NCBI GenBank assembly: GCA_015680685.1
Contig: MNCI01000627.1
Coordinates: forward strand, 83,610 to 147,609
DNA length: 64,000 nucleotides
Direction of reading: 5' to 3'
Origin: Gnetum montanum
Lineage: Eukaryota > Plantae > Gnetophyta
Positions 50,801 through 64,000 of the stretch are shown piece by piece. Below the pieces are notes generated by a model that saw only the letters and a list, made by a program, of their open reading frames with translations, made no database searches and was not told where the DNA came from. How positions within the stretch are numbered: position 1 is the first letter of the stretch; each line of letters opens with the position of its first letter. The position numbers and the translations under genes are program-made.

Positions 50801-53247
50801 ACAAAGAGAATTTTCCATGGGGTTTTCAACAGAATTACACATCAAGACACAAAGGCCGCTTACAACATATTGGGAAGGTGCTTCAAGAATGAGCACAAGG
50901 AAAACACCATACATCAAGCTTGGCCTTGTCACAGGGTGTGGCATAGGCCTACAATAAGGAGACAACTAATTCACATAGGGCAATAACATTTAATACTTTG
51001 GTGTACATAAACTGTCAAAACTGAGAATATCACAAGGTTCCATTACAATCTAATACACCCAACGATAGGAATACATTTAGTGAGCATGATACATGGCATT
51101 TGGGAATGCTACCTAGGCCTAGAAGGCTATAGGACGAACTACCCAAGCCCATCCTAAACTGAAAGGTTGAGGCCACCAGTTGCACACCAAGGCTACACCA
51201 TGCTATTTTGAGAAGAACCTATCTCTATCGTGGAATGTACACGATCATCTGTCACACTGCATCCACTGCACAACTATCTCTACACGTACACGAACAACCA
51301 TTGCACTGAACTCACTGCATGATTATCATTGAATAGAAATGATTCGAGACACGAGCGTAACAATCGAATAACGGGACATGCCAATTGAGTATTCACCACT
51401 TGCCACTGTGGGACCTCAAGGCATTGGCACTCTTGGGCCATCAGTATCCGGCATGGCCAAGGATACCATTTTATGCCATCTGCTACCCCAATATCTATAG
51501 GGTCTAAGACATATCACCATCCTCTATTAGTGCTCACCTAGTATAGAGAGGAAAACAAATCATGATGTACTTACTGTTTCATCATAGCCAAGGTACTGAT
51601 GAATCCACAACCCAATGTTGGGATTCTAAGGCCAAATAACCAATTCATGAAGGCCTCAAGAGCACACATCTTCCCCATAGACATAGTGCTCACAGAATCA
51701 ACTAAGGTCACCATTGGCTACATCTTTGTACTTGTGCTACTTGCAAAGATTGAGACAACAACTTAGAAATAGAGAAGTTAGTTGGAACATGATCAACACA
51801 TCAGCCCAATATACAACCATCAAGCATGATCATATAACAAATAAATATCACTCTCGCAACATCATAAAGAGCAAGACCTTAGCAACATGCATAGAGATCA
51901 ATCATGCAAAATATTGATGGGTCAATTAGATACACTCACACAAACAAATTCATCATGAGGCACACCCAGAGAGAGCTAGGACACTCTCAAAATTCCAAGA
52001 TTCATATACAACAAACATTCCTAGCCACTGACACTGGTTCCAACTAGGATCAAAGTCTCAACACATTCATAAGAGGCATGGGCAATAAAGAATCATTATC
52101 TCAACTCAAAAATAAGGTGAAAGACCAAGGTTTAGCCAACAATAGGTCTCCATAAAACCAATTCTTGCTACAATGAGCAACATCAAGGAGGATGCATACA
52201 CAAGAAAAACTCTCATCAAAAGAGGTGTGGTCTCAACAAGAACCAACAATAGGATGACCCACACCAAAAGTCTTTGAATCAAAGTGCCCCAGGAAATGTC
52301 ACCAATCAAAACAGTGATGCCACAAACCCAAGAGCAACACAACCAGCTCAAATAAGGGAGCACAACTCACGAAGGATTAGCAACAAGGGCAATCATGCCT
52401 CAAGCATAAGAAGTTGTCAAAACAAGGACCACAAACATTTGGCCTTGGGATGGCACAAACAAACTTCAATGCAACATCAACAATCCCAACAACAAGTCAT
52501 CACACCACATGGAGAACATGCCTTGTGTTAAGAACAATAGACACGACGAAAGTGACTCACATGCCAAATTTGAAAATGCAACCAAGAAGACATGCATACA
52601 CAACTAGACAAGCATATAATCACAAACACAAGCATACGAAGTCTACCAACAACGGTCATAATCCACCTAGAACAAGGCTCACCGAAAGCACATGTCCGAA
52701 GGCCCTCCATCCTGAGGTACCTAGGAACCAACATATCCCAATTTATAAGTCCCATACTCACTGTATCTAGGGTGAGTGGGAGTGCAAGGATATCGTATCC
52801 TGCACAATTCAATCAATGCCATCTCGATACATGTCATCTGGGTGGAAACCGAAGTGGAGACTAGGCCCGATTCATTCTAGATGAATCACTAGAGACTAGA
52901 GATGAGAGCTCCTCGAGCAACAAGAACTTGTGAGTTGCCAACAGAACTCTCTACCATATCAAATAAAACCACAAGTGAACAAGTGGAGAACAATACCACA
53001 ATGCAATCGTATACATTCTTGAGGAGAACAACATACATTAGTTTCTCACAATGTAACATCAACCCACTCATGAAGAGCATAAAAATCTTACCATATGGCA
53101 ACTCTTCAAAGAGCGCATAACGATATGATCCTAGATCACCTAGATATCAATCCAAAAGAACCATCAATAGAAAAACCTCGATGGTGTAACACAACCAAAT
53201 AGCACATGCATATCACAACACGATTTCAAAAATGCTCTAATATCATC

Positions 53248-53828
53248 TGTAATAATGTTGCCCACCATTGTCTGGCACCCCAAGGAATTCACTAAGATCC
53301 AATGGATCTAGGACGGAAGACTTGAGGAATACACATCTAACAAGCAAGCAACCCAAAAGAGAGTGCAAGCAACAACACAGCTTCTTAATATATGTATGGG
53401 AATGCACCTCAAGGAGGATAACTAACTCCAAACGAGGACCTTGCAAATAAGCACACAAGCAACCTCGTAGACAACATGAATTTAAGGGGTAACGATGCAT
53501 CTACAAGGAGTGGCGCCTCACCCTCAGAACCCTCACGTTTTGGTACAAGGTGTGGCTTGGCACTGCACCAGAAGTATCCAATCCTAGCTGCCTACATATC
53601 TACAAGCGTCGTAGAATCAGGGCCATATAGTTCTCCATGTGAGGGTAGTATGAAAAGAACTTAGAGAGAGTTGCAACAAGAAGGTGTTCTACTGCTAAGT
53701 TGGTACCACCAAGGTGGGATGGGTTTTTCTAACACTTGAGAGCCACCCAAGAGCACCTCAAAGTGTTCCATGGCCCCTGAACCACGGGGAGAGCCCAGGA
53801 GAACCACCACCTTGGGACATCTCTCACA
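53248..53828 (-). repeat. 5' LTR of element E
   Basis: Adjacent Met-type PBS and TSD. Confidence 0.93.
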
Positions 53829-54454
53829 TTTCTAGTATAAAGATGTTCAGTATAATGCATTCAGTTAGTGGTTCAATAATCAGAAAGAATATGCAAAATT
53901 ATAATAATTTATGCATTTCAAAAAATCTGCTCATAACAAAAGAATATTTCATTAATAATAAAAATTTAAAGTACAAGCAAATTCTGCTTTGGATCTTAAA
54001 AAGGAACTCAGGATCATTTTCAAGGGACTGTTACATAATATGTTTCTTTTCTCTGGACTATGTCTTTAAAAGATGTTATTGAAGAGACGGGACTCTTGAG
54101 ATGTAAATAGAATGAAGTGGTTTGCATGAGTTTTTTTGTTAACTTTTGAACATTTTATTTTATCTGTATGATGCTATTTTTGACTCTTTTTGGTAGTTGC
54201 CATGGATGATTAATAAAAGCATCACTTCGCGTTCCACTTTCAGTTTCACAATGGAGGAAGCTCTATGTACATTTTGTTGGTTGCTGCTACAAAGGCACCG
54301 ACCATTTTTGCTAAAACCGTCGAAGCCAACGAAAATAAAGGGAAATGACAGTCTTCAAAATCAAAGAAATCTTGCTCCAGAGCGCAGCTGCTACACAAAA
54401 ATTGTCTGTAGGGCACTGCATCATAATCTTCACCAGGTGTGGCTTTTAACAACA

Positions 54455-54743
54455 TCATTTGATCTGGTAAGAGTATTCTGCCACGAGCTTTGCAAAAAGT
54501 GTAAACTTGTTCTCAAGAAGCATGGATGGAGTATTATATTCTGCAATTTCTCCTGCTCAAGTAGTAACAATTATTATAGACTGCTAAAGAAATATGAAGC
54601 AAGCAACAATTAAGGCCCAGAATTATAATGCAAGTACCATCTTCCAAAACCAGAACACGATCGCTGGCCATCACAGATGGAATTCTGTGGGCAACTGTGA
54701 TGACTCTGCTGCACATTCAGAAGTGGCTGCGGACTGTTTCTTG
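54455..54743 (-). pseudogene. ABCC (MRP) transporter pseudogene fragment: last two exons of NBD2
   Basis: QETVRSHF*MCSRVITVAHRIPSVMASDRVLVLEDG (to 54638), GT-AG intron 54637-54553, then EIAEYNTPSMLLENKFTLFAKLVAEYS. In-frame stop before the H-loop; no upstream exons recognisable. Confidence 0.8.
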
Positions 54744-54996
54744 AAAAAATGAAAACAACTTCTTCAACACTAAGGAGCAGTAAGTGCCTAGTAGCTCAGT
54801 AGGTGCCTAGTAGCTCAACATGGGTCTGCGCTCACGTAATTGTCTTAATGTCCAAAAAAAAAACATGGATAAGAAGATCATTTCAATTCATAATCATTAT
54901 TTTAGCCTTTAGCCTGGTCCTTATAAAATGGAGTGGCTGAACAATATCTTTATGAAAGGCCATAAAAGTGATCTTCTTATCCATTTTGAATTAGGA

Positions 54997-55295
54997 TTTG
55001 ATTCTCACAAACTGCTATATTCTCAAGATTCTCACAAACTGCTATATTCTCAAGAGAGAATGAGAAAGATAGAAAAACAAGAACACCATCACCATTGACA
55101 AGCATACAAGTGTTAATGCTCTTTTACATACATTTATTCTTATTCATCCCTGGTTATAAATGATTTGATTCTCACAAACTACTATCTTAATCTAAAAAGA
55201 GAACAAGAGAGAAGAAAACAAAAAGAACAGCATCACCATTGACAAGCATATAAGTGATAATGCTCTTCTACATAGGTTTATTCTTATCTATCCCA
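54997..55295. repeat. Local direct duplications (27-bp tandem and ~130-bp repeat)
   Basis: GATTCTCACAAACT occurs three times; the block CATCACCATTGACAAGCATA...TTATTCTTAT occurs twice. Confidence 0.75.
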
Positions 55296-56178
55296 GGCTA
55301 GTTTAACTAATGGAAATGCTTAATTACACTTTTTAGTTAACCACAAAGGGTTTACAACATAATAAAATAAATTTTTACAAGATTTTGATATTTTTTTATA
55401 AGTATTCAAAACTTTATTACAAAAGTAATGAAAGTTAATAATTTTCATCACAAATATTTTACTTGAATACTATATTTTAAGTCTTAGTATATTAAAAAAA
55501 AAGGATGAATGAGAAAGACATGTTCTCCACAACTTTTACATATAAATGCTCTTAGAAGATTAAGACATTCTTATATTGATCATGTAAATTGATCACTTAG
55601 AAGATTAAGACATTCTTATATTGATCAAAAGGTAGTTAAACATATGAGGAAGCATTTTTTCCAAGAATGTAAGGAGAATTCTTTTTACTCTAAAGTTTAT
55701 TTCTACATGTTTTTAAGAGCCTTTTCTTGAATCATTGTTCTAAGTTACTTGGTTTTCATATTTGGATTTTAATCCTTGTTGTAATCCATTTTTGAATTCA
55801 CACTTTTTTTCATCGTGAAACCATCCTTTCTTTTAAGAGGTATTAGAAGCTTGTTTGCAAACATGTACTCCAAGTCTAATACCCATCTTTTGATAAAATT
55901 TGATAAACTAATAAAGAGTTACAATTTTAACAAAAACATGTTTACTTCTACTACCAAAATATCATACAGAGTTTGAAATTTTACTTTAAATTCTTGTAAA
56001 ACAAATGTATTTAACCATATTCCAAACATTTCTATTGTACTACCATAACTCTAATTCCTCAAGCTTAACAATCATGCAATAAAACTTGTTTAATATGTCA
56101 ATAGTAATTATACTTTTGGATATCTCCTATCTAAATTTATTTTTATACATACTTATTGCAAATTGTGTATAAAGAATG

Positions 56179-56755
56179 TGATGAAACGTCAATAAGGCGA
56201 CTGTGTCAACGCATGCCCATTGACACACATCTCAGGATATGTTGACACATGTACATTGACGTTGATGTAATCATTGCCTATATAAATGCGCACACTCGTC
56301 ATATTTATGGTATTATTTGATCATTCCCTTAGCCCAACTCTTGTAGTTTCTTTTTGTACAAGTTAAAAAACTTTTTTCTCTAACTATCTATAGCGTGAAT
56401 CAAATTGATTATATGGCATTTTATTCAAGTGTAATATGGACGTGGATGTAGTTGCATGCTTCAAGCATAATATATTAATGCTTGTAATCCCAATAACGAA
56501 TACTTGGTATGACACCTAGTAACTTGGTAATGTTAATCTACATTCAAGATGTGTAAGGAAAGTAGGAATGGATGCTACAAGTTTAGGATAGTTTACTTAA
56601 TTAATTAGTTAATTGAAATATTAAACCTTCTCTTATTTAAATATTTTGTAAGTATAGAAAATAATCAAAGTTATAAAAATAAATATCTTGCACCTCAATC
56701 ACACTTAACCATACCAACATACTAACACAAGTGTTGATTGGGAAGACACCGATTA
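56179..56755 (+). repeat. 3'-truncated Athila-like LTR
   Basis: Starts TGATGAAAC; GTCAAC/GTTGAC array; TATA CCTATATAAAT ~56277; CCTCAATCACACTTAACCAT...TTGGGAAGACA matches the B LTR; terminal CTCATCA is missing. Confidence 0.65.
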
Positions 56756-57703
56756 GCAAATCATGCCTTTCACAATCTAAAGATATAGGCCAATTAGGTA
56801 AATAGAGTCCACAAAATAAATTATTATTTTATAAAAAGATGATTAGTATTTTTTGTTGTTGAAGAGAATAAGACATAACTCATAACTCATATCCTTCATA
56901 ATGTTCTTTGATGGAAGATATTAACTAGTAGGTAATTTTTCATAATATTACAGTATTTTCTATTGGGGTTTTAATAGTGGGTTTTGGTAGTAAGGAGATT
57001 CTAATATTTTAACTATTTCTTATGAAAATTTACATGTAAGTTATAGTTGATAGAGTTAGTGTTCAATGCAAACTTTGATCCAACATGAAGATAAGGAGCA
57101 AAAAACATTAAACTATTTTGGCTCCTTTTTATTTGTATTCCAAACATGTTTTATTATTATTTTAGAATTGATGGGTGCATGTACTTTTTTCTAGTTCCAA
57201 TTCACCATTTTTTTTATTTCTCTTTGGGGAATGACTTTTCAATGTCCCTTAATATGGTCCCAATCAATTCCTATTTATTTCAAGGCTATATGAAGCTGCA
57301 AATGCTTGTATTTCCAAGCAATAAAATTAGTTGCGAATTTTTTCAAAACTCCATAGCAATTTCAACAATTCATCTTCTTCAAGTTTATGATATCATATTA
57401 TTTTCAATTAAAAATATTACCCAAGTGTGTTACCAAATCAATAACATTGTTATTAGTTCTATGTCATCAACATCTTAGTGCTTTAATAAAATAATTTTTA
57501 CATTCAAGTGAAGACAAAAAATCACCTAAGTACCCCTTTCTTTATTTCATGATATATTCAAGATAAGTGATTTGACAATTAATAATAGAGAGTTTTTTTA
57601 TCATAATCAACAATAGTTACATTACTTGTGTTTTTTCAAATGTTAAATAGTAAGAAATTTTGTTATATATCTATGTTCATGTACATCATTTTACCTTAGA
57701 AAA

Positions 57704-58545
57704 TGATGAGTGGCACGTATCTCCTATGCCCAACCATGCGAATCACGAGCGTTCACATGCGATCCAATCGAATTCCATAGACTTTAGCTCTCAAAATGTT
57801 CCTAGCCAAGGTAGTGAACCTAAGGACCTAATCGTTGTCTTCCTAGTTACACTCATGTAGGCGCAAGTGTATGGTTAAGCGTAACTAAGGCACCTAATTT
57901 GTATCATTTTATATTCTTTATCTATTTTATCCTAAGTATGAAATAAAGTGATTAAGTATTAATTAATCTAATGAACTAACTAATGTCTTAAGCTATTGCT
58001 AACATAAGTATTTGGTCCCATCTTTCGTACACATCTTGAACATGTTACAACACTGCCAAGTTACCAAGTGCAAGCACTATTAGGATTACCCAACATTAAC
58101 GTTATGTTTGAGATGGTCGTACTTATGTGTGTTAATTAACCGTATTTATTTAATTAGCTAATAACATGGAAATAAAATGCATTAATAGTAAAATGCATTA
58201 AAGTAAATATTATGCTAATTTGAATTGCTACAAGGTTTATCAAGAAGTTCATCTTATTGCCATCACACCGAAGTGTCTAGGTACATCAGTGTCTGAATAA
58301 GGATTTGTACACTTCTTAACTTTTACTGTGGACACTTAGAAAATATTCTAACTATTGAGAAACAAAACTACAAGAAGTTCATTAAGCTACTAAATAACCA
58401 ATGTCATAAATGCAATGGGTGCATGCATTGATATAGGCAAACCCAAACACTTTGTTGATGCATCTCCCCATGCATCGACAAGTACACATCAATGGGGATG
58501 CGTTGACACATGCTCGTCAACACAACCTAAGATGATGATTCATCA
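57704..58545 (-). repeat. 3' LTR of element D
   Basis: TGATGAG...TTCATCA termini, adjacent PPT, diverged homolog of the A LTR. Confidence 0.9.
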
Positions 58546-58779
58546 TACCCCCATGACTAATTGAAAACTCATCCTCAAGTGAACAAAAAAAGAAAGGATC
58601 TTCTTACAAAATTGGGAAGGTATGAAATTATTGACTAACTGACTCTAAGTGCCCAAGTGTACAGATTGACATTGACATTGATTAGAAAATTAGGTGTTCA
58701 TGAACATAAAATTGAACATCTTTACAAAAATGGATAGCTGGAACTCTTTTGATGACCAAAGACAAGAAGAAGATCAAAC

Positions 58780-61685
58780 AATCTCAAGAGGTGGATGCTC
58801 TTGAGGTGCTAAAGGATCTTTCCTTACCTCAAGTGCACATGGCAGTTAAGGTTGAGGATGTGGCGATTGTGGCTACCTTACTGCAACTGTTGCTTCTGGT
58901 GGAAGATAGAAAGCATCCAGGAACACTTTCATCTTCTCATCCTTGGTTCGGGGATTGTACATGGTCCATGCAACATCGCCAATGTGAGTTGATATAGGAA
59001 TATCCCATAGACAAGGCATTGCAGGGAATAATTCCTTAACGTTAACAAACCAAGTAATGAATTATTTATGTTCGATATCAAATGCTCTAGTAGCATTTTG
59101 TAGCTCATGGTAGTTGTTCATCCTCATAGCTAGGTCCTTAGCCACTAATCATTGATTAGTGAATTGGGCTTTAAGGACTTCAGGCTCCACATTGGTTGTT
59201 TCTAGCTTCTATTTTGTGTCTTTGTGATGCTTGAACTATGCCTCATACAAGAGGTACAAGCTGGCTAGTTGTTTCTCTAATTTTGACCTTAGCCTTCTAG
59301 CAGTCAGCATTACCAAGTTTAAGTAATAGAGGTTGGCTAACTCCATGTACTCCAACATCTCCTAGATTTGCAACTCCTTGAGGTGAATTTTTGCCTTATC
59401 ATATGCATTCAGTCCATCAAAGATGGACTGCCACACATCACCTCCTTGTTGGAGTTGCTGGATAGCCTCATTCACCTTTACCTTAGCCAACTTGATTTCT
59501 TTCTCATTGAGTCCCTTGGGAATCCCCACCTATTCCCTATAGTGATTTTTCACTCTTTTAAACTTTAGGGCCTCGTTATTCTAGGTGGCTATCTCAATGG
59601 TTGATTGTTGGCGAAGGGCACAAACCTCCTCCATTAAGAGATTTCTATTTTTAGTAGCCAACCTCCTCAAAACCATGGTTACCTTGGGAAGTTGCTCCTG
59701 CTACTATTGTAAATATTCAACCATCTGATCCTTTTGAGTCTAGCCATAAGCTGCTCTTGCTCCTATTGCAATAGAAATCGAGGAGCAGCTTATGGACTTA
59801 AACTTATTATCCTTGTAGATTTCACCTTATGGACTTCTAATAAGTCCTTCTTGATGTTGCAAGTCATGGCCTCAAAGATTGATGCATCAAAGACCATAAT
59901 CTCCTTAGCATTCTTGGCCACTTTTAATTTCTCTTAAAGTTGTAAGAAAGCTTCATCTCTAGTTATGGCTTGGCCAAGAACAGTGGGATTAGCTAGACAA
60001 TCTCTCAGCTCCACAACTTCAACAACCATTCACCGATTTTTAGATGTGGCTGCTTCAAGTTGGGCATTGACAATAATGAGCTTGCCCCTAGCTTTTAATA
60101 ACCCTGACTAGTTGGTAGTGATATTATCCAGAAGGTCAAAGAGCCTTGAAAGCAGTTACCTAGTTTTGACCAGTTGGTCTAGCACCTCCTCATGTTGGGC
60201 TACACTAAGTCTCCCACTGGTTGCTTCTGCATATGTTTGCATGTTCCTTAATGCAGTGATGTCTAGCACAGATTTTGTAAGAGTGTTTAATGCCTCTATC
60301 ACTCGATCAACCACCACATGTGTCACTGTCTCCTGCCCACGGTGCTACATCACTAGGACAGTCATTCCATCGCCTTCCTCCAAGCGAACTAAGAAAGTGG
60401 TAGTGTTCCTAAAGATCTTTGGGGATTGCTACTATCCTGGGAGGGACACTATCACTTCTTGGGCACTTGGATTGGACCTTGCATATGCCTACATTATTTA
60501 GGTTGAGAACAAGAGTGTAGTCTCCTCCAACTAGCTAATAGTTTTGGTTACTTTGTTAAAATGGCTTAGAGTTGGTTGGTATATTGATGGATCCTCACCA
60601 CTTGTTCCAGCCTATTGTTGCTACAAAAGCTACTCATGGAGCTTGTGCATGTGGTCAATGGTAATGAGAGCCTCTAGCATTGTTTCATGAGTAGGTGGTG
60701 GTGGTGGCTGCTTCTCTTCTTCAATCTTGGCGAGAAACTTATCCTTCATCATCTTTACCCAAGAGGCAGCAAGAGCATGACAAAGAGTGTCATTGGGGTA
60801 GCAAGAAATGCCTCCCCTTTTGCATAATTTGTGAATGAGGCATGGAAAGGGGAGTGTCTTCCTCCCATGCTCATTCTCTTTGAAGTGTTTCTCAATCTCT
60901 AAGTAGATGAGCTGTGGGAGGTTGACTGAGAATCTACCACTTAGAGCGACACACACATGGGTAGAAAGGATTGTCACCTTGGTCAACCTCACTGTTGGAT
61001 TGAGGTGGTAGGTTACAATTATGAAGTATGTTCTTTCTACTGTTGTGAGTATGCCATATTCCTTACAGTCAACTCTATAGCACTGTTGGATCCACTCTTT
61101 CTTCACTTATGGATCCCGTTGCATTGATATTTTTCCCAAGGTTGCCCTAGTTTCTAGCAACTTGAGAGCCTATGAGATGGCCTCCACTGCATAGGACACA
61201 GGACACACTGATGTCCTTGATTTTCATGGTGGCATCAGCTTGCCTATTGTTCCAAAAGAGGTAAGTTTCTCCCATATACCATTCCCCACTAGAAGTAAGG
61301 ATGGGCCACATGGGAGAGTTTTCAAGTTAAGTCTTAACTTCTTTTGGTGTAAGGTCCAAGAAAGGACCAAAGTTCAGTTCTTGAAGAACCACACTTTGAA
61401 CCTCCTTGGAGCAAATTTGTTGTAGACAAGCTTTAGTCAGAGTGACTTCAAGGTTGGTTCTAGGCCTAGATGCCTTAGCTTGATGGCATTACCCAATCTC
61501 AACAGTGGTAATTTGTTTGATGGATTTCGCTTTGGGCTTCTCCTGAAGTGCTCCTGTCAAATGGGGTTTTGCTGCTTGTTCTTGAGGCTACTCTAGTTGC
61601 TGGTCCCTTCCTCCCCTTGATCAGTTATCCCTTGGTTAGGACATTCCTCCCTCCTATGGGCATTTATCACTTGTCTTGGTGCCAT
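58780..61685 (-). pseudogene. Accessory ORF of element D (homolog of 5243-8057), disrupted
   Basis: Starts MAPRQ at 61685; ORF 60630-61106 (YHLNPTVR...LPFPCLIHKLC); coiled-coil region EYMELANL...SKLEKQ; C-terminal THIGDVAWTMYNPRTK. Confidence 0.75.
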
Positions 61686-63825
61686 TTGTAATCACAACAT
61701 AACCAAGGATTAGCATTTGATGTGTAACTTAGGCATTTTGGTACCTTGTCTCCTTTGATTGGTTACACTTAGGCTATGTTATGATTATGGTAGATTGATT
61801 AGTTTATTCTTATTTTGTTTATCTAGCTACCAAAGTTCATTGGGAAGGTTTAACTCTCATTAATTAGTGAGTTTAATATTATTTTATTAATTAAACCTTG
61901 TGGGAGTTAGAAAAATTTGAAAAAATTTTCATTAGAAACCCAAGGTTTGTGGCCCCCATGATGTAAAGCTTACCTTCAGTAGTTGTAGGATTAATGAACA
62001 AGGTTAATTGGACAAGCAATTTGTAAGATATGGGCTCTAGAAGGTACTAGGCTTAGAAAAATACAAAAAATCCTTTAGCGTCGAATGCAAAATGTGAAAA
62101 ATTTCACTAAGTATCATGGGTATATATAGACTTTTTATACTACATTAACAAGGTCGCGTTGATGGGGATGCGTCAACATAGCCAACTACTTTAATGGGGT
62201 CACGCCAACATAGCTATAGAATAAAATTTTTTACTTTCAAAAAATAAGGAAAACCGAAGGATTTTGCCATAAAATTTGAGTCCAAAGGAAGCTAGAAAAG
62301 CTTAGAACATGATGAAATACTTGAAGAGGACTGAAATTAGGCTTAGAAAAGGAGATTTGATTGGAGATTATGAGTGAAGGGGTTTAAAGCTAGATACAAT
62401 CAATGTATTTTTTAGAAATTTTGATCCCAAAATGATTAAGGGACAAGGAACTTAACCATCCCAACCAAGGAGTGTGTGAGTGACTCCTTCCCATAGTAGA
62501 CTCATGCCCTTAATTCCCTTACATGTTCTCAAACCAAGGAATCTATGGATCCCATGGATGATTAATTCTTGTGAAAAGTTAAGAACTGAATCACCAAGAA
62601 ACCATTAAGGAATTAAAACCTTCAACAACCAAACACATTGAAACAATCATGAAAAGAGGCAGTGAGGTGGTTAATGGAGAGAATAAGTGGATGAGAGAGA
62701 TTATGGAATGGAGTCCCGCATGATGGTCACATGAAATCCCTTGTAGAGTTCATGGTCAGAATGACCTAATAGTATTCATTCCTAGTCCGAATTAAGACCA
62801 TCCACTTCCAATGACTTTGCATTGGCACACTTAGACTTTTTCACCCCTCCAAGGTACAAGAACATCCCCGCAAATCACTCACCATCCTAAATAGAGAAGA
62901 AAAGAGAAGTAGGAAGAGACAAGGGCCTTAGATGGATGCCTTCAAGCATGGGTAACATATCGTTCCAACCCCATAACCATTGCTTGTAGCCTATTATTTT
63001 GTTTAAGGGGTATGCTTTGAATTCCCATGTGTTTTTTATTTTTTTTTCTATTTTTTCCAATGGGAACCACGACATAACTTCTTATTATTAATTAATGTAT
63101 AAATGGTAAGGGATCCATGGAGATACTCATGCATCCCATACGGCAAGCAAGTACAAAAGGTGACAAATCCCCTTGAAGTCACACCCTTGTCTATCCACTT
63201 AATTCATCCCAAGTTTGAAAAATACCAAGGTTACAAATTCATTATAAGTTTTTATTTAGAAGGGATCTCATATTTCCAAAACAAAGAGACACCATAGAGT
63301 TGTGTGGATTATCGATGACATGGACTCACTACCTGTTAATATGAAAAGAATCAATGTCTTAATTATTAATGTTAAAATTCAAAGATGGAATCAAGTCATC
63401 AGTAATTAAATAATCAATGTAAGAACAAACGACCATTAATCAGTAGCAACAATTGCACTAAGTCCTAGTGGCAATAAAGAAAGAGAAGAAAAATTTAAGA
63501 AAAGACTCAAATAAAATAGAGTAAAATATAGAAAAAATTGTAAAATATTCAAAAAATGAAAAACGTATGAAGAACAATTTAAATAGAAAAAAGGTATAAA
63601 ACAAAGAAGGTAAAAACTAAGGAGCCACGTGAATGATGTCAGTATGGATGGCCATCTCCCCCACAACTAAGTTGGAAGGGGGAGATCCAAAAGATCAAGC
63701 TTGCTTATCCATCTATTGAGGTGTTGTTGTTGCTAGCTATCTTGGTTTCATGGAAAGGCTTTACTTGTTGGGTGTTGATCAAGAGCTTTTTGTTGGGGTT
63801 GTTAAGTTGGTTAATCATCATGGCC

Positions 63826-64000
63826 TAGTTACGCGATATCGCGGCCGCCGCGATATCGCATCCCATGCAATATCGCATACACGATATCACGTCCCGCCGC
63901 CATATCTATAAATAAGAGGTGGTACTCCCTTCATTTCCCAATCCTGGCTAGAAGTAGCGAAGCTCTGGCAGATTGATCACTACAGAGTTAGAATTTTTCC
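63826..64000 (+). repeat. Probable start of another LTR interrupting the integrase of D
   Basis: Abrupt switch to a GC-rich GCGATATCGC array, then TATA CTATAAATAAG ~63906, then AGAATTTTTCC resembling AGAATATTTTCC of the B LTR; truncated by the window end. Confidence 0.5.

Larger units (their letters stand above)
47296..53828 (-). mobile_element. Decayed Ty3/gypsy LTR retrotransposon 'E' (tRNA-iMet primed)
   Basis: LTRs 47296-47862 and 53248-53828 (TG...CA); TSD TTTCT (47291-47295, 53829-53833); PBS TGATATTAGAGC (53245-53234, resembles TGGTATCAGAGC); PPT GGGGTGGAGGAT (47874-47863). RT/RH relics QYLGYD (51598), GILGHAGY (51467) and RPIAF (51136) in the expected order. Confidence 0.9.
57704..63825 (-). 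mobile_element. 3' half of Athila-like LTR retrotransposon 'D'
   Basis: 3' LTR 57704-58545; PPT AGTCATGGGGGTA 58546-58558; accessory ORF; intergenic region homologous to A; integrase C-terminal remnant (KLLINTQQVKPFHE) ~63705-63825. Confidence 0.88.

Overview
Land-plant nuclear DNA with three assembly gaps; it is dominated by retrotransposons and holds two intact minus-strand host genes. (1) 1-24110 is a three-level nest of Athila-like Ty3/gypsy LTR elements with tRNA-Asp PBS. Element C (gag-protease only) is interrupted by element A (4145-22755, TSD GTTCA; gag-PR-RT-RH-INT plus accessory ORF), which is interrupted by element B (8982-14378, TSD ACAAA; no pol). (2) A 3-exon HOOKLESS1-like GNAT acetyltransferase gene (26636-28798) has a natural DR5-type auxin response element in its promoter. 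(3) 32-41 kb holds a solo LTR and LINE/SINE debris. (4) A 4-exon ribosomal protein eL15 gene lies at 41662-44900. (5) A decayed Met-primed gypsy element E spans 47296-53828 (TSD TTTCT). (6) An ABCC transporter pseudogene fragment and the 3' half of another Athila-like element D (57704 to ~63825) follow. The most interesting signal is in the Athila-like elements. A and D carry an internal TATA box, a candidate non-coding exon and intron, and a conserved accessory ORF with no apparent membrane anchor; only the internal TATA of C is inside the window. In A, C and D the motif upstream of the internal TATA exactly matches a motif in that same element's LTR U3, and the motif differs between families. 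This suggests a self-encoded transactivator or anti-silencing circuit. All alignments and identity values were judged by eye; no database search was run.
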